A DNA stretch of 62,984 bases, counting the filler, from Asterionella formosa (lineage: Eukaryota): assembly GCA_002256025.1 (NCBI GenBank). It is 23 parts of 23 records of this genome, joined end to end, with 100 filler letters (N's around TTAATTAATTAA, not from the genome) between each part and the next. Parts side by side here need not be neighbours in the genome. Positions count along the whole stretch, not along the records: positions 32,987 to 35,629 come from NKIB01015007.1; positions 35,730 to 38,368 come from NKIB01015008.1; positions 38,469 to 41,107 come from NKIB01015009.1; positions 41,208 to 43,846 come from NKIB01015010.1; positions 43,947 to 46,584 come from NKIB01015012.1; positions 46,685 to 49,321 come from NKIB01015013.1; 17 more parts are not named here. The stretch is one strand, 5' to 3'. A program made the translations under genes and the position numbers. Each line of letters starts with the position of its first letter. Position 1 is the first letter of the stretch. Shown piece by piece: positions 33,706 to 47,974 of this stretch. A model generated the notes under the pieces. That model ran no database searches. It was not told where the DNA came from and saw nothing but the letters and a program-made list of their open reading frames with translations.

Positions 33706-34443
33706 ATGACAGCATCCAAGCAATGGATGAGTGTAACAACATCAACATCACTCCTCCTTGCACTACTTTGCTTTGTTGCTACATGCAAAGAAACGGTTGC
33801 GTTGTCGCTTCCGCAACAACAGTATCCTCCGCCATTTGTCACTCGTCGCCACGTGGTGGAACGCGCCGCCTTGTTTACTACCATGTTGCTAGTACCTACC
33901 CCACCATCCTATGCTGCAACTACTACTACTACTCCAAGTATCAAGGAACTAGAAAGACTTCAATTAGGGTATGCTAGAGTGCAGTATCTGCTTCAAAACT
34001 GGGACTCGCTCACGAGCGTTTGTGGGAAGGGCGTCATGAGTGATATGGAACGAAAGCAAGTCATTCGTACCGAAGGTGGTGGAGGTGGCTTTTGCGAAAA
34101 GACGCCCCTTGTTGTGCAAGAGTACATGGGATACAAATCTACCAAGGATCCGCTGTACAGAGCTGATGCGCTCATGGTTCGAGCAGCTCCGTTGGTGGAC
34201 AATGATGTACTGGAACAGTATTTGGATGTTGTGGAAAAGTATAGAGAAAAGGCTGACAATGTTGCCATGATGGCATATACCTCATCATGGGGAGAAGCGA
34301 ACCCAAATGGAGGAAAGGAAGTGGTTGATGATTACTTGGATAGGACAAAGCTAGATGTACAAGAGTCAGAACGGCTGTTAAAGTCCGTATTGGGATTTTT
34401 GAACCTTGCGACGTTGCCTCCTTCGAAGGGGAAGTTGTTGTAG
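33706..34443 (+). CDS. Putative thylakoid-lumen protein (conserved algal hypothetical)
   Basis: Signal peptide, then a twin-Arg motif (TRRH), a hydrophobic stretch and an A-x-A-type site (PSYAA). The helical mature part contains L..YMG.KS..DPL and AY.SSWGEANP.GG. Confidence 0.8.
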   Translation: MTASKQWMSVTTSTSLLLALLCFVATCKETVALSLPQQQYPPPFVTRRHVVERAALFTTMLLVPTPPSYAATTTTTPSIKELERLQLGYARVQYLLQNWDSLTSVCGKGVMSDMERKQVIRTEGGGGGFCEKTPLVVQEYMGYKSTKDPLYRADALMVRAAPLVDNDVLEQYLDVVEKYREKADNVAMMAYTSSWGEANPNGGKEVVDDYLDRTKLDVQESERLLKSVLGFLNLATLPPSKGKLL

Positions 34444-35466
34444 TTGAGTCAACAATAACACGTGATGGTGCGAAGCTATTAATCATACGGAGATTATGTA
34501 ATATATGTATAAAACAGCTGATCGTGTTCGCACAAATGTAGTGAACAAATAAGCAAGGAGCTCAACGAGGCAGACATTATAAATCGCTTGAACATGATGC
34601 TAATAAATAATACTAGACTCCTAACATTGTTGATAGAAAAAAGAAAGGGGCTAGTTTGAAGGATTTCTTCTCCCCGTGAGGATGATGGTTGATGGTTGCC
34701 TCATAATATACGTATTATTTAGTTTATTACAGACGAGTGAAACAGGGGATGTGCACAAAGCACGCATTGAATCAAGGGAAACAAGAGAAATCGGAAGGCA
34801 GAGAGGGCGAGGCAAGAGTAGCAACCATGGGAGCTAAATCAAGCCCAGCAAAAATCAAAGATGAGCATCTCTATCTACCGGTATAGACTTCTTTGTCTAA
34901 CGATATAGATCTATCTAAAAAGGTAATACTGTCACAAAGTCCCACTGCAACTGAGGCTATGGGAGACCCGGAGGAAATGAGTTATTCAAGCTACCGGTAC
35001 ATAGAACCGAATTCAAAAAACCAAGCATGAGTCTAGAGATTACCGGTACCTGGTAGTTGGAACAACACCAAAGCGAGCCATTCAAGAATCGAAAGGACGA
35101 AATGGAACATTTGCAGAAAGGCAGTCGAACAAGTCGGTAATTGAGTCGAAGTAACTTGTGCATACATATTTGACAGAAATTAATCTGGCGGTAATCATGT
35201 TTTATGTAGCCAAGCATGAAGCATGGACAGCACACGTAAAAAGTACATCTATACTGTATAATATTATTCACGTATGAATAGTTTATTCTTGATGAATCGT
35301 CAAGATTTGGGCGATGAGGATACCGGTATGTGAGTAAAAAGATGTTAAATGAACACAACAAAATGTTGAACCGACAAATTCAATTAAGGTTCATTTCATT
35401 GCATATAACAATATGTCCTGCCTCATTTGTCGCTTACCACAAGAATCAAAGATTGGCATAGCACCC

Positions 35467-35629
35467 ATGAAACAGTGCGTGCTCCTCGTACTATTGCAGT
35501 TTGTTGTTTCAGCTCATGCTGTTGTGAACCCTTCACATGTCATGCACGATTTAGGCGAAGACATCCATAACGTTGGTGCCAAAGTTAAGGTCACAATGGG
35601 CAAAACGTATGAACATTTAAGAGAAGAAA
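35467..35629 (+). CDS. 5' end of a secreted protein
   Basis: MKQCVLLVLLQFVVSAHA signal peptide; the frame is open to the contig end. Confidence 0.55.
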
Positions 35630-35729
35630 NNNNNNNNNNNNNNNNNNNNNNNNNNNNNNNNNNNNNNNNNNNNTTAATTAATTAANNNNNNNNNNNNNNN
35701 NNNNNNNNNNNNNNNNNNNNNNNNNNNNN

Positions 35730-35850
35730 GCAGGTACCTATTTGTCAACATTGTTTGGGTCAATCCATTCTTGTTCCCGCAAGACCAGCAGCAATTATCC
35801 CTTTACTTCCTCTCCTCCCAAGAACCTTCATTTCTCTTTCACAATTGTCC
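35730..35850 (-). repeat. Second copy of the Tc1/IS630-like transposase remnant
   Basis: Near-identical to 43728-43846. Confidence 0.8.
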
Positions 35851-37919
35851 TGATGTTTGCAGAGAATTTTTAGTTCCCTTTTGATTTTTCAACTGGTTTT
35901 GATCCCTTTTGCATTCAAGTCAAGAAACAAGCTACTCATTCAGAAGGCTTCTATGTGTTTGCCCCCGCCCACTTGGCATTCTACCATTGCTTCAATAACA
36001 GTAAAATTGAAAACTGTATGTAGATGAAATGTGACTTCGTCTGCAAATAAAAACTATCATATTCCTATTATGCATCACAGGATTGTGATCTTCTGGTCAA
36101 TATTATTCGTTATATCACCTATTAATTTGGATAAATGCCCTTGTAATTTAAATTGAAAATGTCAACAAGAACAAGTAGAATGTGTTTGTTTACAAGTTGA
36201 TTGGCGAGATTGTAATGCTGGTGGTCGACAAAACGGATTTACTGTTTGCACAGTGCTGTGTGCAAAACCATTCCAAGTTCGAATGATTTCTTCTCTGTTC
36301 ACTCTTAATTCAAGGATTGTGAACATAGGTTCACTGCACATGACGATTACTCAAAGATATAATGATCACTTGACCAAGCAACAATTGAAGACGTTATCGC
36401 AGACAATCATTCCACTTGTCATCGCTAGTATATCGTTGTTGTTGCAAAAATCGGAGTGATTACAGATGTAAATGACGAGCCAAATTATATTACCGGTACT
36501 TTAGCTGGTTGTAAATTGAATTATCATACGTTTTTTCTATTAGATTCCTGTATTTGAATTTCTTGGTGCTCCTCGAAAAGTCGGTGTCCGTGTCATCATC
36601 AATTGAGGTACAAGAGTCCTTCATCATTGTGGTTTGCTGCTGGAAAAATTGGTACCCATCATATCGTCATTTGCTCGTTGGAACTGTCCGTTGCCTCAAG
36701 CAAACCTGCTTAGCGTGTGTGTACGTACACTGTTGACTTGTGTAGATTATATAACTGTGCTCTGTTCAATAATTACTACACTGGGTTACAATCACACCAG
36801 TTTTACCTCCACAAGCGCCGCAAAAAACTCTGCGTTTCCCTTCCACTGTTTTACATCATAGTCTTCTGGCCCTTTGACAGCTTTCCAAATAACATTTCAT
36901 GGATTTCATGCAAAGGATCAGTCAAACAAGAAACGTGACTTACTTCCGTCGTTAACACTACACGACTTTTTGTTTTCGGAAAAGAATATGAAGAAGCTTA
37001 TGAAATCAATCGAAGATTCCTTTGAATACACTCAAATAACAGATGAATTTGAACAGATTCATAATACTCCAGAAAAAATAATGAAGCAATTATGCCGATA
37101 CAATAGTGGCAGAGATTGAAAAGAAGGAAAGATTGCTTTCGAAAGCAATAGGAATCTCAAACATTTGTTCTTTGCGGATGAAGACTCTATTCATACAGAG
37201 TCACAGTTCCATCCAGTGTCATATTTTTCTCCTCGTTCTCCTGAAATCGCTGATAATGACGAAAAACTCAATGATTCTCATTCATTTGATGAACAAATTC
37301 ATGCGATGAATGAAAATACCGGCGGAAATGTGGGAGACATCACTTCTGAAGACAAATAGAAATGGTTGAAAAGTTGCAAAACCAAGAAATGTATCTCACT
37401 ATTTGTCCAGAACATCAAGATGAACACCATGAAAGCAGAGAAATTATTGCATTTCTTAAAGAAAAGCTATTCAGGAAAAAGTCTGCGCTAGATCAAGGCC
37501 TCGAATTCAAGAAGATCAATGCAAACGGAGATGTGATGCTGGCTAAGGCAGTTGATGCACTGAGTCGGAAACAAAGCTTGAAGCACAAAATTGAATCTTT
37601 TTCCTAATTAGCTATACATGGTGGAAGAAAAAGAATTTCTTTGTAAAATCTTTGAGAACAATCCCGAAGGCAGCTAGCTACTTTTGTGAAGAGTCGGCAT
37701 GTGATATGCATAGAGTTGTTGTGCCAAATCAAAACTGCATTTTCCTTGAGTTGGCCGAAAACACATGGACAACTAAAATTGTGGAAAGATTTATACACAC
37801 ATACCCCACAAGAAATATGCAATTACACCTCTTTATTTTATGGAGTCAAAGGTGGTATGAAAATCATCTTCAGATTTTAAAGATGTTGCAAATTGGCACC
37901 TTGAAACAATTGACTCTAT

Positions 37920-38368
37920 GATCTGTTGTTGGTTCTTGATTTTTGCCAGTGTAGATATTTTTGCTAATTGGTGCATGTGTCCATTTTGGTATTTGCCCAT
38001 TTCTTCATTTGCTCTTGATCAAGAAAAGCACTTTTGTTGTTTCAGTGATACGTTTATGATCAGAGATGTTCTCTGGAATATCTGGTGATTTTCTTTCTTG
38101 AAAAAGACATGTCCATTCTTCAGGGATAGTCCACTAATTGTACATTGATTCCAAAATGTACTTAATTATTACAAGTAATAATTGATGAAGAACCTCAAAT
38201 GGAGTTGCACCAAATAATCCTTCTAAGTCACCACCAAAAAATGATTTATTAGTGCAGGCATAATAGGATTATGCGATATAACATGGCACCACTCGTTTGC
38301 TGTTGCGTATTTGCCATTAGATTGGGAGACACAATACTCAGGTGGGATACATGGTAATTTTCCATCGG
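37920..38368 (-). pseudogene. Possible Plavaka-like transposase remnant
   Basis: Minus translation includes FFGGDLEGLFGATPFEVLH; the surrounding frame is broken by stops. Confidence 0.4.
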
Positions 38369-40206
38369 NNNNNNNNNNNNNNNNNNNNNNNNNNNNNNNN
38401 NNNNNNNNNNNNTTAATTAATTAANNNNNNNNNNNNNNNNNNNNNNNNNNNNNNNNNNNNNNNNNNNNAGAAGGGTATTGTTGAGGCAATTCACAAACTA
38501 GCTATCGTCATGGCATTAGCTTACTTACTGCCCACTCATTGAGCGTAAATGTCATTTTTAGCTTGCATTGGCCCATCATATAAAATATATTTTGGATATT
38601 TCCTATCTTCGCATAAAATCTTGCCAAAGGTCCGATATTGCCAATCCATCAAATATATTTTGTGTATTTCCTATGTTAGCATTTTGGCAAGACAACAGAC
38701 GCCAATTGACCCTCGGATTTCCAGCCCTGGGATTGCCGAAATCGGCCAGCAAGGGGTCTACTTAAGGAAACCATTTTATATACTATACAGATTTGATTAA
38801 ATTATATCTAGTATTCACATCGTTTTTCTTCGTCAACTGAAAAGTGGAATCCGGCAATTCACCATTCACCATGCCGATCACCGTCCATCATACCCAGTCT
38901 GAAGCAAAATGAGTTCATTGATGACACCAGTAGCAATTCGTTGTCAAAAGGATGCGGTTGTTAGTTGGCTTGCTTGTCTTCTCGAGGGATTCATGTAGTC
39001 ACATCATCCATATTTCGTCGGACAAATGATGATTTTGATACATCTGATGCTGCGGAAAGTTTTTGCTCTGTTCAGATATGTGATGCTTAACTAATATTCT
39101 AGTCATTTAGCCTACATACGAACGTGGTACTCAAAACAACCACGCATGGTTTAAGCTAAACTTCAACATTTCAATGCGTATTATCTTTGCGATAATGGTG
39201 TGTTAAATTATTTGCTTCCCATATTCATTGATTTTACGAATGCCCGATTTCGTCCTCACAAGCAATTATAACAAAACACTCTACCCTGTCTCCCGTTGCT
39301 CAATTTGGGCTTGCAACAGCAGCATTTTTCTACTTTCTTATGAGCCCGTCGTCTGCTGCGTGTTACGCTTGTTAGAGCGGATTGGTGAGTACAACAGTGA
39401 AAATTTGAATGTCATTGTAGATTAAAGTTGTCGAATTTCCGATTTGATTGCTTCCATGGTTCGTTTTGATCGCTTCCATTATTGTTTGTCGTTCCGCACT
39501 GTCGTTGTCATTCGATTGTAACTATCTAGTACACAAGGGCCGATGTATTGATCCTACTCTTTGAAGATGCATTATTGTTGATCTTATTTGTTGATCTGTA
39601 TAGTCGTTGACCATGATGTCAATATTCCCGCCAAGCAATGCTTTTCTTGGGCTAACGCGCTTTGCTAACTTTCTACTATGAGCTCGTATCACAAGCTACG
39701 TAACCATACTCAGCTAGAGAGAGTCAATAGTGCTGGAGCAGCGTGCTGGCGATCACGCTCGCTCAGAATGGAATGATCAGGGTTGCTTGTTAGGTGGGAG
39801 GAATGACTGTGGCAGAAAGACTGCTACTACTGGTGTCAGGCTACTACAGCGATGTGCATGGTTGCAGCAACCAGATCATCTAGGCTACATAACGATGCAG
39901 GTCTAAATTGGGTTCAGCTTTTTTTCTTCTTCTTTCGGTCTTTGATTGTGTGGTGATGGAAAGTCAATGTTGCCTGTCTAAGTACTACAATGAGTCACAA
40001 TGCATAGCTATGTCTCCATTGAAACTCCTATTTTTTACTTCATTTCTAACCCAAAACAATATTTTCTATTTCTCATTTGATGCTACTTATTACATCTCAT
40101 TTCATACTTTTGTTGCTCCAAACATCATGTTCAATTTTCATTGATGTTGCATGTTATAATCATTCTTGTGTGTTTTATGCTTGTTGTACCATTTCTATGT
40201 GCATTA

Positions 40207-40361
40207 CCGTTACTTCATGCTAAAATCGGCAATTTTAATGCCAAAAAATTTGATGTGCCTCATATTGCCCCTAAATAAAAATTACTTAAGAAATTACTTA
40301 GTGCCTAAAAATTACTAAGAAGTACCCGAATGGCAAGATGATAGCTAGAGCGGGAATTGCT
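40207..40361. mobile_element. MITE-like element, copy 2
   Basis: TA-CCGTTA...GATGTGCCTCATATTGCCCC...AGAAGTACCCGAATGGCAAGATGATAGCTAGAGCGGGAATTGC. Confidence 0.75.
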
Positions 40362-43339
40362 TTTATCACATGACCTAATCCATTCTCGAAAATGTATATA
40401 TATTTTTTGTATACACTTATCTTGAAAAAAGTATATACGTTTGTGACCCATTGAATTCACTTTTTAGCTGTTTTGTAATCATTGTATCTTCTGATGAAAT
40501 CGTTCAATGAGAATTTTAACACTACAGCTTGATTGATCGATACTGCTCTGACACTATTGAACAAATGGGTCCGCAATTTGGTAGAATTTACGTATATTCG
40601 GAGGAGTCAAACAAAAAAACCCAACTCAATGGGTCATGGCAGATTTTTACTGGTACTACAGGTATCTCTATTTTGGTATTTGTAGTAAGGTGGAGTTGTT
40701 GGTACCAAATACTGGTTACTCCGTATATGCTACCAAGATTTCTGTAGTACTAAGTGCTTCATTCTCATAAGTACTGGCCCCTCTACAGCTGCTAGTTAAA
40801 TACTGACTACTTTAGAATCTCAGTTCCTTGTTAATGTAGGTGCTGCTGCCACCATCCATTGCATGCTTTCTCCCTTTCAACACACACAAGGTACTGATCC
40901 CTTCCCTGAATGCCCTCTGTCATGAGATCTCCATTGCCTCATGATGATAATGACACTGATGCAGCTGCATTCAGTGGCGAATTTGCTGCTTGGCAGCAAC
41001 ACAAGAATGCAACACTTTTTCCCCATCCTCATGGTGAACTAATGGTGGCGCCTCTTAACCCTAACCCTACCTGCCATTACCAGTTCATCCCCAATGTTCC
41101 AAACCCTNNNNNNNNNNNNNNNNNNNNNNNNNNNNNNNNNNNNNNNNNNNNTTAATTAATTAANNNNNNNNNNNNNNNNNNNNNNNNNNNNNNNNNNNNN
41201 NNNNNNNTTCTATGATTCTATCATATCTTAAGTGGCTACAGAATGTTCTACAATGCTCTCATCGCAATGATTGTTGGTGCCGCTTTCACTTCCACCTCCC
41301 CCTCCCCCAATCCAATTCTGAAGGTTGTTGTACTGGTTGCCTTGCCGTTGTTCCCCTGCTTGCCGTTGTTCCATTTACTCCTGACGGATCTGAGTTTGCA
41401 TGCACGCATTTTCCGATTACGATTGAATTCGTTTCGTAGTTCCAATCAGCCATACTAACAAAGAGAAGCAATTCATTGTTAGCTGTTCATGTTTTGGTTA
41501 CACAACAACATTCATTTCGCTTCTATCTTGCTTCACTTACCACAAATTGAGGAAGGAACTGATGCATATTTCTGTAGAAGAATGTGTCAGTCGAAGATTT
41601 GATGAGAAGCAAAGTATCGATCAATAAATGGGCTCCAACACTGCTGTTTGTAACTTACAATTACTGTTTGTCTACCATTATCCTGAAAGAAGCAACACAT
41701 ATGTGTCAGTTTTTCTAACAGTTGTGGATTGATCCAAAGATGGCTGATAGGCAGCACTTACCGATTTCTTTTGTCCACAGCCATTGATGGTTGGCCAGCC
41801 ACCAAATCGAAAGGAGCTATTGAATCACTGAAAGCAAGGGGACGAGTCATTCCGTAATTGTAATCTCAACAATTGATCATCCTGGCATATGCTCTTGACA
41901 TGCTGTGATACTAGCTATACACAGCTTGTTGATTCCGCCCTTCTCCGCCCATCATATTCACTCCTTCTTAGCCGCATGGTGTATTGTCACTTCAGTTTTT
42001 CGTTGCTTGAGATCCTTCATTTTAGGAAGTGGATGCAGCATGACAAGGAACACGAAAGGCATTCGCTCTTGACTTACCATCAATTGATTCCGCCCTTCTC
42101 TTCTAAGCTGCAAGTATCGCTCATTGTGCTTTATTATCACTTTCGTTTTCCGCGTCATCATCTGTGTTAATCCTTCAATTCAGGAGCAAAGTGTATGCAT
42201 AAGGAACCACATGAAAACATGATTTCAAATGTTTCAGCCATGAATACATATATATATAAAGATTTGTAAGAAGTTTAAATGTATATATAGTTGAACATTT
42301 GCATAGTTTGAAACACCCTCATAATACGGCACATCCTGTGTATACTTTCATCAATTTTGATTATACATAATTCAAATAAATACAATGCATGATGAGTTCA
42401 TAGTTTTCCATGACCTGTTGAGTTTTTTCAATTTTTGTTGTGTCAATTCTTGTACTGATTTAATTAAGCCCCTTAATAAACGGGAGTCATCACCAATTTT
42501 TCAAATGGTCTAAATCATACATTTATGTATCTAGACATATTGACCAAAATTCATATGGCCTACCGGTAGTCCTGTATAATTGCTGGTAATTACTTCCATC
42601 ATGGAAATACCACAATAGTGCAGCGGAAAACTGAATATGCTCATGTGCTTAGGATCATTTGATCATATTTTTAAGATTGATTGATCCTGATTCTTGAAAA
42701 TAAATGTTGATTGTTCATTTTCTCATCAACGACACCGTTCATCATATGATCAATATGTTATGATCAAAGTTATAGGATAAACGAATCTAAATTCATTGAT
42801 TAAAGATCATAGTTTATACCGGAGTAGTTGCTCATGCAGCCATGCAACCCCTTCCTCCCCTGTATACAGTACGGAAGTGATAACCCCCAAGCTACCAAAT
42901 TTTTATGTCTTGTAAGAATTATCGCAGCATGCATGCACACATGACTCCTACTGGTATATACAATGCGGAAATGATGACACCAGACTACCAATCCTATAGG
43001 TCCTGCAGAATTATCGCAACATGGCTGCATATCTAATGAAAGGGCGGGAGGAGTCATCCATGCACCTGTAGAGTATGAAATATGGAAATGATCAAATATA
43101 GCTAGTCTACACAAGGAGCAGTGCATCATATATGCCCTGTTTTTTTTATTTCCTATGAAATCTTGCTCTTGATCTGTTCTGCGCTTTTTCGCCACAATTG
43201 TTTTCATTGGCTGTTTCACTGGACAGCATTCGAATTGATTGTGCTTTGAACGAAGCAATGATCAAAGTCCACCCCATTGGAGAATGGTGAGTCTAACAAC
43301 TAATTATCAGCCAGTCATGGACTGTCTTTGGTGCACCCT

Positions 43340-43846
43340 CGCTCGCTCGTTGTGTTTGTACTTGACTTGGCAGCTGTCAGCCAAGAGCAGCCATGGTATG
43401 TCACCATTTATTGTCTATACAAGTTTCGAATGCGTTCAGCTATGATATCTTTTGATCCCCCCTCCTAAACACTATCTCACCACCCTTGTCGTAGATTTTT
43501 CTTTATCCTTCGGCTTCACAGGCCCAGGATACTCAATGCCTTCATCTGCAAGGAGTTCAGCCAAGCAGGTCCATGTTGGCGTCAAGAAATCCTCAACCCC
43601 GATTTTCCTCACATGCTTCACCCATTGACTTCTTCATTGATGAATTCGAGGTAGCTATACTGACGACATCAGGTGGCGCAGGCTTGTGTATAGATTGATG
43701 ATGCTGAATGCATTGCTTCCTTTTCCCATAGGTACCTATTTGTCAACATTGTTTGGGTCAATCTATTCTTGTTCCTGCAAGACCAGCAGAAGCAATTATC
43801 CCTTTACTTCTCCTCCCAAGAACCTTCATTTCTCTTTCACAATTGT
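43340..43846 (-). pseudogene. Highly degenerate Tc1/IS630-related transposase remnant
   Basis: Relics of KG...VL.E...IDPNN.D, SLRHLM, LTPTWTCLAELLADEGIEYPG (compare TPK.H.ELAGEGIEY.W) and ..RAR.. Confidence 0.6.
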
Positions 43847-45685
43847 NNNNNNNNNNNNNNNNNNNNNNNNNNNNNNNNNNNNNNNNNNNNTTAATTAATT
43901 AANNNNNNNNNNNNNNNNNNNNNNNNNNNNNNNNNNNNNNNNNNNNTTCTATTTGTTGCCAGATGTGACGCAAAGAAATAGACACAGTATTGCTGAACTG
44001 AAATGACACGATAACGACAGAAATCAGACAGTCCAACATGTGATGGTAACCATCTCTTTTGTCGTCCTTAGTGCAATATGACGGAACAGGATGGATTAAT
44101 TTATGATCTAGCTAGATACACAATTTATGTAATTGAATATTTAGATAATGTTTTATTTAATATCTATTTACTTAGTGAAACTTTTCAATTGTTGCCAATT
44201 ACTAGTATCTCCAAGTTCCATATCCTCCTCTTTGTAGTACTTCAGTAATTCATCATTTCAGCACAGAGGAAAAACCATTGATTCGGCTTGAACTGTTCAT
44301 AATAAGTTTATTGCTTCCCAACCGCAAGAATTTCTTCTCAGGTAGCGGCTTTAAGAAACTGTATGGGAATATCAGCATCTCCACTAAGATTCTTGGTTTT
44401 CAGGGTGCTGTTTAATAGCAATTTTCCACTGATATTGTCATGAATTGAATCTCCAAGAACGTGTTTGCCATGCAGAGGAAACTTTCCTTGATTAGTTTAG
44501 CTTGTGCTTGTAAGATGCATCTAATTGGTCCCAGTAAATTATGATCATGAATCTTCATTCCTGTTGAACAGAAACTGATAGGAGCGAGTACTTGGAGGAA
44601 TGCCTGTAGTGTTTGCATGAATGTTCAGATATGCCCAGATGAGCAACCTGATACAGAGAAGAAGCACAAACAATAAAATCGGATTTACTGTATTCTGTTA
44701 AGTTGGTTTCTGAAACAATAAAATCGGATTTACTGTATTCTATAAAATTGTTTTCGACTCAACCAACTAAGATAGAGAATAAACGGTCAGATATAGTCAA
44801 TAACACCCATGAATTGAAAGTTGTAAACTTACTCAAAACCGCAAAAATAAAATGATTCCATTTCAGCTGGAAGAAACGCATAGAATTGATGTACATACAT
44901 CCAAATGTACTTCAAAATAGTAATTTTTTTTATATTTAATTTGCTTGTCAGATTATTTTCTTACACATGTCAGGTTACGCATAGATAGAAGTCACATATA
45001 TTAGTTATCAAATTTAATATGCTAACCAAATGTTTTGATATATTTATACGTTGTTTGATTGATCAATAGCTGTGGCTCTTTGATCAATTATTGTTTTAGC
45101 AAAGGTTATCACCTTACTTGTATGTAATCCTTGTACCCGACACTGCTACCAGAATGAATTCTGTGCAACAACGGTGCATTTCTTGTTGTCATTCCGATTT
45201 GAATGCTCTACCAATACATGCTTTGATCCAATTCTTGTACCAGTAGTATTTTGTCTCTATCTCTCCATTCGCATATCAGTGGTAATCGAATTTCTTACAA
45301 GCCATGTGCGTTTGTAGATTCCCTTACGAGCTACCTTCTTGCGGGGACAACGATGATCTCAGTCTGATAACGAATAAAATGGTCTCGATATTGCTGGGGA
45401 ATTATGCTGGCGAAGTTTGAATTGTTTGTTTGTTACTCGAAATCAAAAGCTTTGGTCAAATTATATTTCAGAATTGGAGAACGATGCATTGAAGGCCATA
45501 CCCGATTCCAATTCCAATTCCAACCGAAATCAAGAAGATAATGCCTTTTGATCATAATTCGCCCATTGCAAACATCGATCCATATTTCGAATCTCTTCTT
45601 CAAGATGAGATGTGGATCAAAGTGAAGAATAAATCTCTGTCCCGCACGGCGGTCTTGTCTGGTGTGCAAGAAGTAGCGGCACCTT

Positions 45686-46378
45686 TTGCCGCCTTCCAAG
45701 GCGGTCGAAGTTTCCCCTAATGCTGCGGCTGTGACAATCAACTTTCGCAAAAGGTGGCTGGGGACTCCCCTACGTTTCCCTGACAAGCCGATGGAATTAG
45801 TCATACCTGTCATTCCAAATAAAGATCACCGACGTCATGTATTCTCCGTTTTTGCATTGACAGAGGCAAGTGAAAACGAAATAGTTGATGCCTGTTCATC
45901 TTCTCCCAATACCATTCCAAAAAGTAAAGATCGTGTTGCTTGTATGCCCTTGGTAGATCTTGTTTTCAATTCCTCAGAGCGTCTAATTGAGTCTGTCGAA
46001 CATGATAGACTTGATATAAAATCTCCCCCTTCCAAAGCAAAAGCAAAATGTAAATTAAAGGCAATTCCAGCCATGGTTGACAATCTGGAAGAGGCAGTCC
46101 ATGACTTGTCACCAAAGAGTTCCGAAATTGTAGAAGTGATTGGGAAAGTAAATGAAGAACAGGTCGAAGAGGAACGTGATTTGTCCCATTTATCCAGTAA
46201 GGAGTTGGAAATATTCAAGCAGGACATGGTCGCCAGTCTGGATGTAATTCATGACTACTTACCAAAGATTTCCGAAATTGTTGCAGTCACTGGGACAGTA
46301 ATTGAGCATGGTTGCCAGTGTGTTTGTAGTTCATGGCTGCATTTGGTGGCATATTGTTGTCTTTCTGATGTATTCTAA
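45686..46378 (+). pseudogene. Unidentified ORF or decayed gene with an internal ~55-bp duplication
   Basis: 230-aa ORF; VHDLSPKSSEIVEVIG and IHDYLPKISEIVAVTG are duplicates; the upstream frame is broken. Confidence 0.35.
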
Positions 46379-47974
46379 AACCTTTGGGAAAGTGAGTTTT
46401 CCATAAAATCATTGATTCCGAAATTTCCTTGAAGTTTCAAATGATGTTTTGTTAAACAAGCCAGACTCTAGGACCACATAGAATTTGTTGAGAACAAAAT
46501 CCAAGACACTGTCATCTAGTCTATTCTCCTTGCCTTTGTCATCATGATCAAAGTATCTAAACAGTAAGAGTCATTCCTAACTCTNNNNNNNNNNNNNNNN
46601 NNNNNNNNNNNNNNNNNNNNNNNNNNNNTTAATTAATTAANNNNNNNNNNNNNNNNNNNNNNNNNNNNNNNNNNNNNNNNNNNNCAGTCTACATCGTTCC
46701 ATGGTTTCATTGTCTCAGCAGCATGGCATTCAAGGTACACAACATGATGATGTGTCCTACTGGGACATGTAAATGAATGAAAATGGCTTTGTGTTCATTG
46801 GAGAAGTTTGCAAAGCAAAACTTTACTGCACTCATATATATATATACAATCTACGCTACGGCATATGCAGTTGCCTTTGTGAAACCAGTTCTCACGTCAT
46901 ACCACTCTAGACTGACTTCTCAGGAAACAAAAATCTACACTAGAATGTATGTCTGTCTCATACCTTGTTAACATTTTTCAATAGAAACAGGAGACCAACG
47001 TTGTTATGTGCTAGCGCTGTTTCAATCCTACCCATTCCAATAAAAACGAGAAACATCGAGGACCACATGAGGTGCATACCGATACTTGGAATCACAAGAA
47101 GTCTAGTATGTCAAGAGCCAGGTCCCAGGTACCGGTATTCAACCAGTAACCTGGTACGGAGTAGTATTTATCCCGGTATCTACGTGCCGGTAAGACTCCC
47201 TTGAACCAGGTACAACCGATTGTATCTAATGGGACTGTACGTACCGTATGTAGACTGAAGTCTTGGAGGTTTCAAACCAGGTATGGTACCTGGTACCACA
47301 CCGAAGTCTAAAAACAGGAAATCCCGGTGCAGCAAGGTATATATATATTGCGGTATATACCGGTATGCACCATTCCACGAACACCGATCACTTCAGTTTT
47401 TGACACCATCAATTCAGCCTTATGTCACCCCATGGCTGAACCAACTGGCACAGCATCATGTCACCAGAAATAGGCTATGTACGTGGTAATAGTACCGTAT
47501 GGTGGTACCAGTGTACCTGGTTACCGGGACCTTCGTCGTCTGTACACCGTGGTTTTTTGTGTGCAGCAGGGGTGCTGTACAGCATCTCCTTAAAGTACGT
47601 ACGTAGATTCGTTGTTGAACAAAATTACGAGCACACGCACGTCGTGCACTGGCAGTTTATACGCACAGGGAATACAGTACATGCGACTTCTGGTCTAGAT
47701 TCCTGCTGAAGTCATTGTTCCTTCGCTGGAATTGCAACGCAATGCAGGATACTGATTGGATCGTATTCGAGAAGGCGTCATTGGTACAAGACCAACATGA
47801 AAATCAGAAACGTATTGTTTTGGGGTAGATTTCGACGACGAGACGATGCAGTGTCCGTTTCTTAGCATTGAATAAGACATTGGATGCAGAAAGAGCAACG
47901 AATTTTAATGACACCATGTCTCCCATAATTTCACCAGGGACTCCGTAATTTACATTACAACCAAAGCATTCATC

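Noticed and set aside
41056..41068. TAACCCTAACCCT as a telomere seed
   Set aside because: Only two units; chance or coding (NPNP) origin is as likely
38469..43300. Short ORFs across contigs 15-16
   Set aside because: No recognisable motifs and mostly non-ATG starts; probably non-coding or unrecognisably decayed TE sequence
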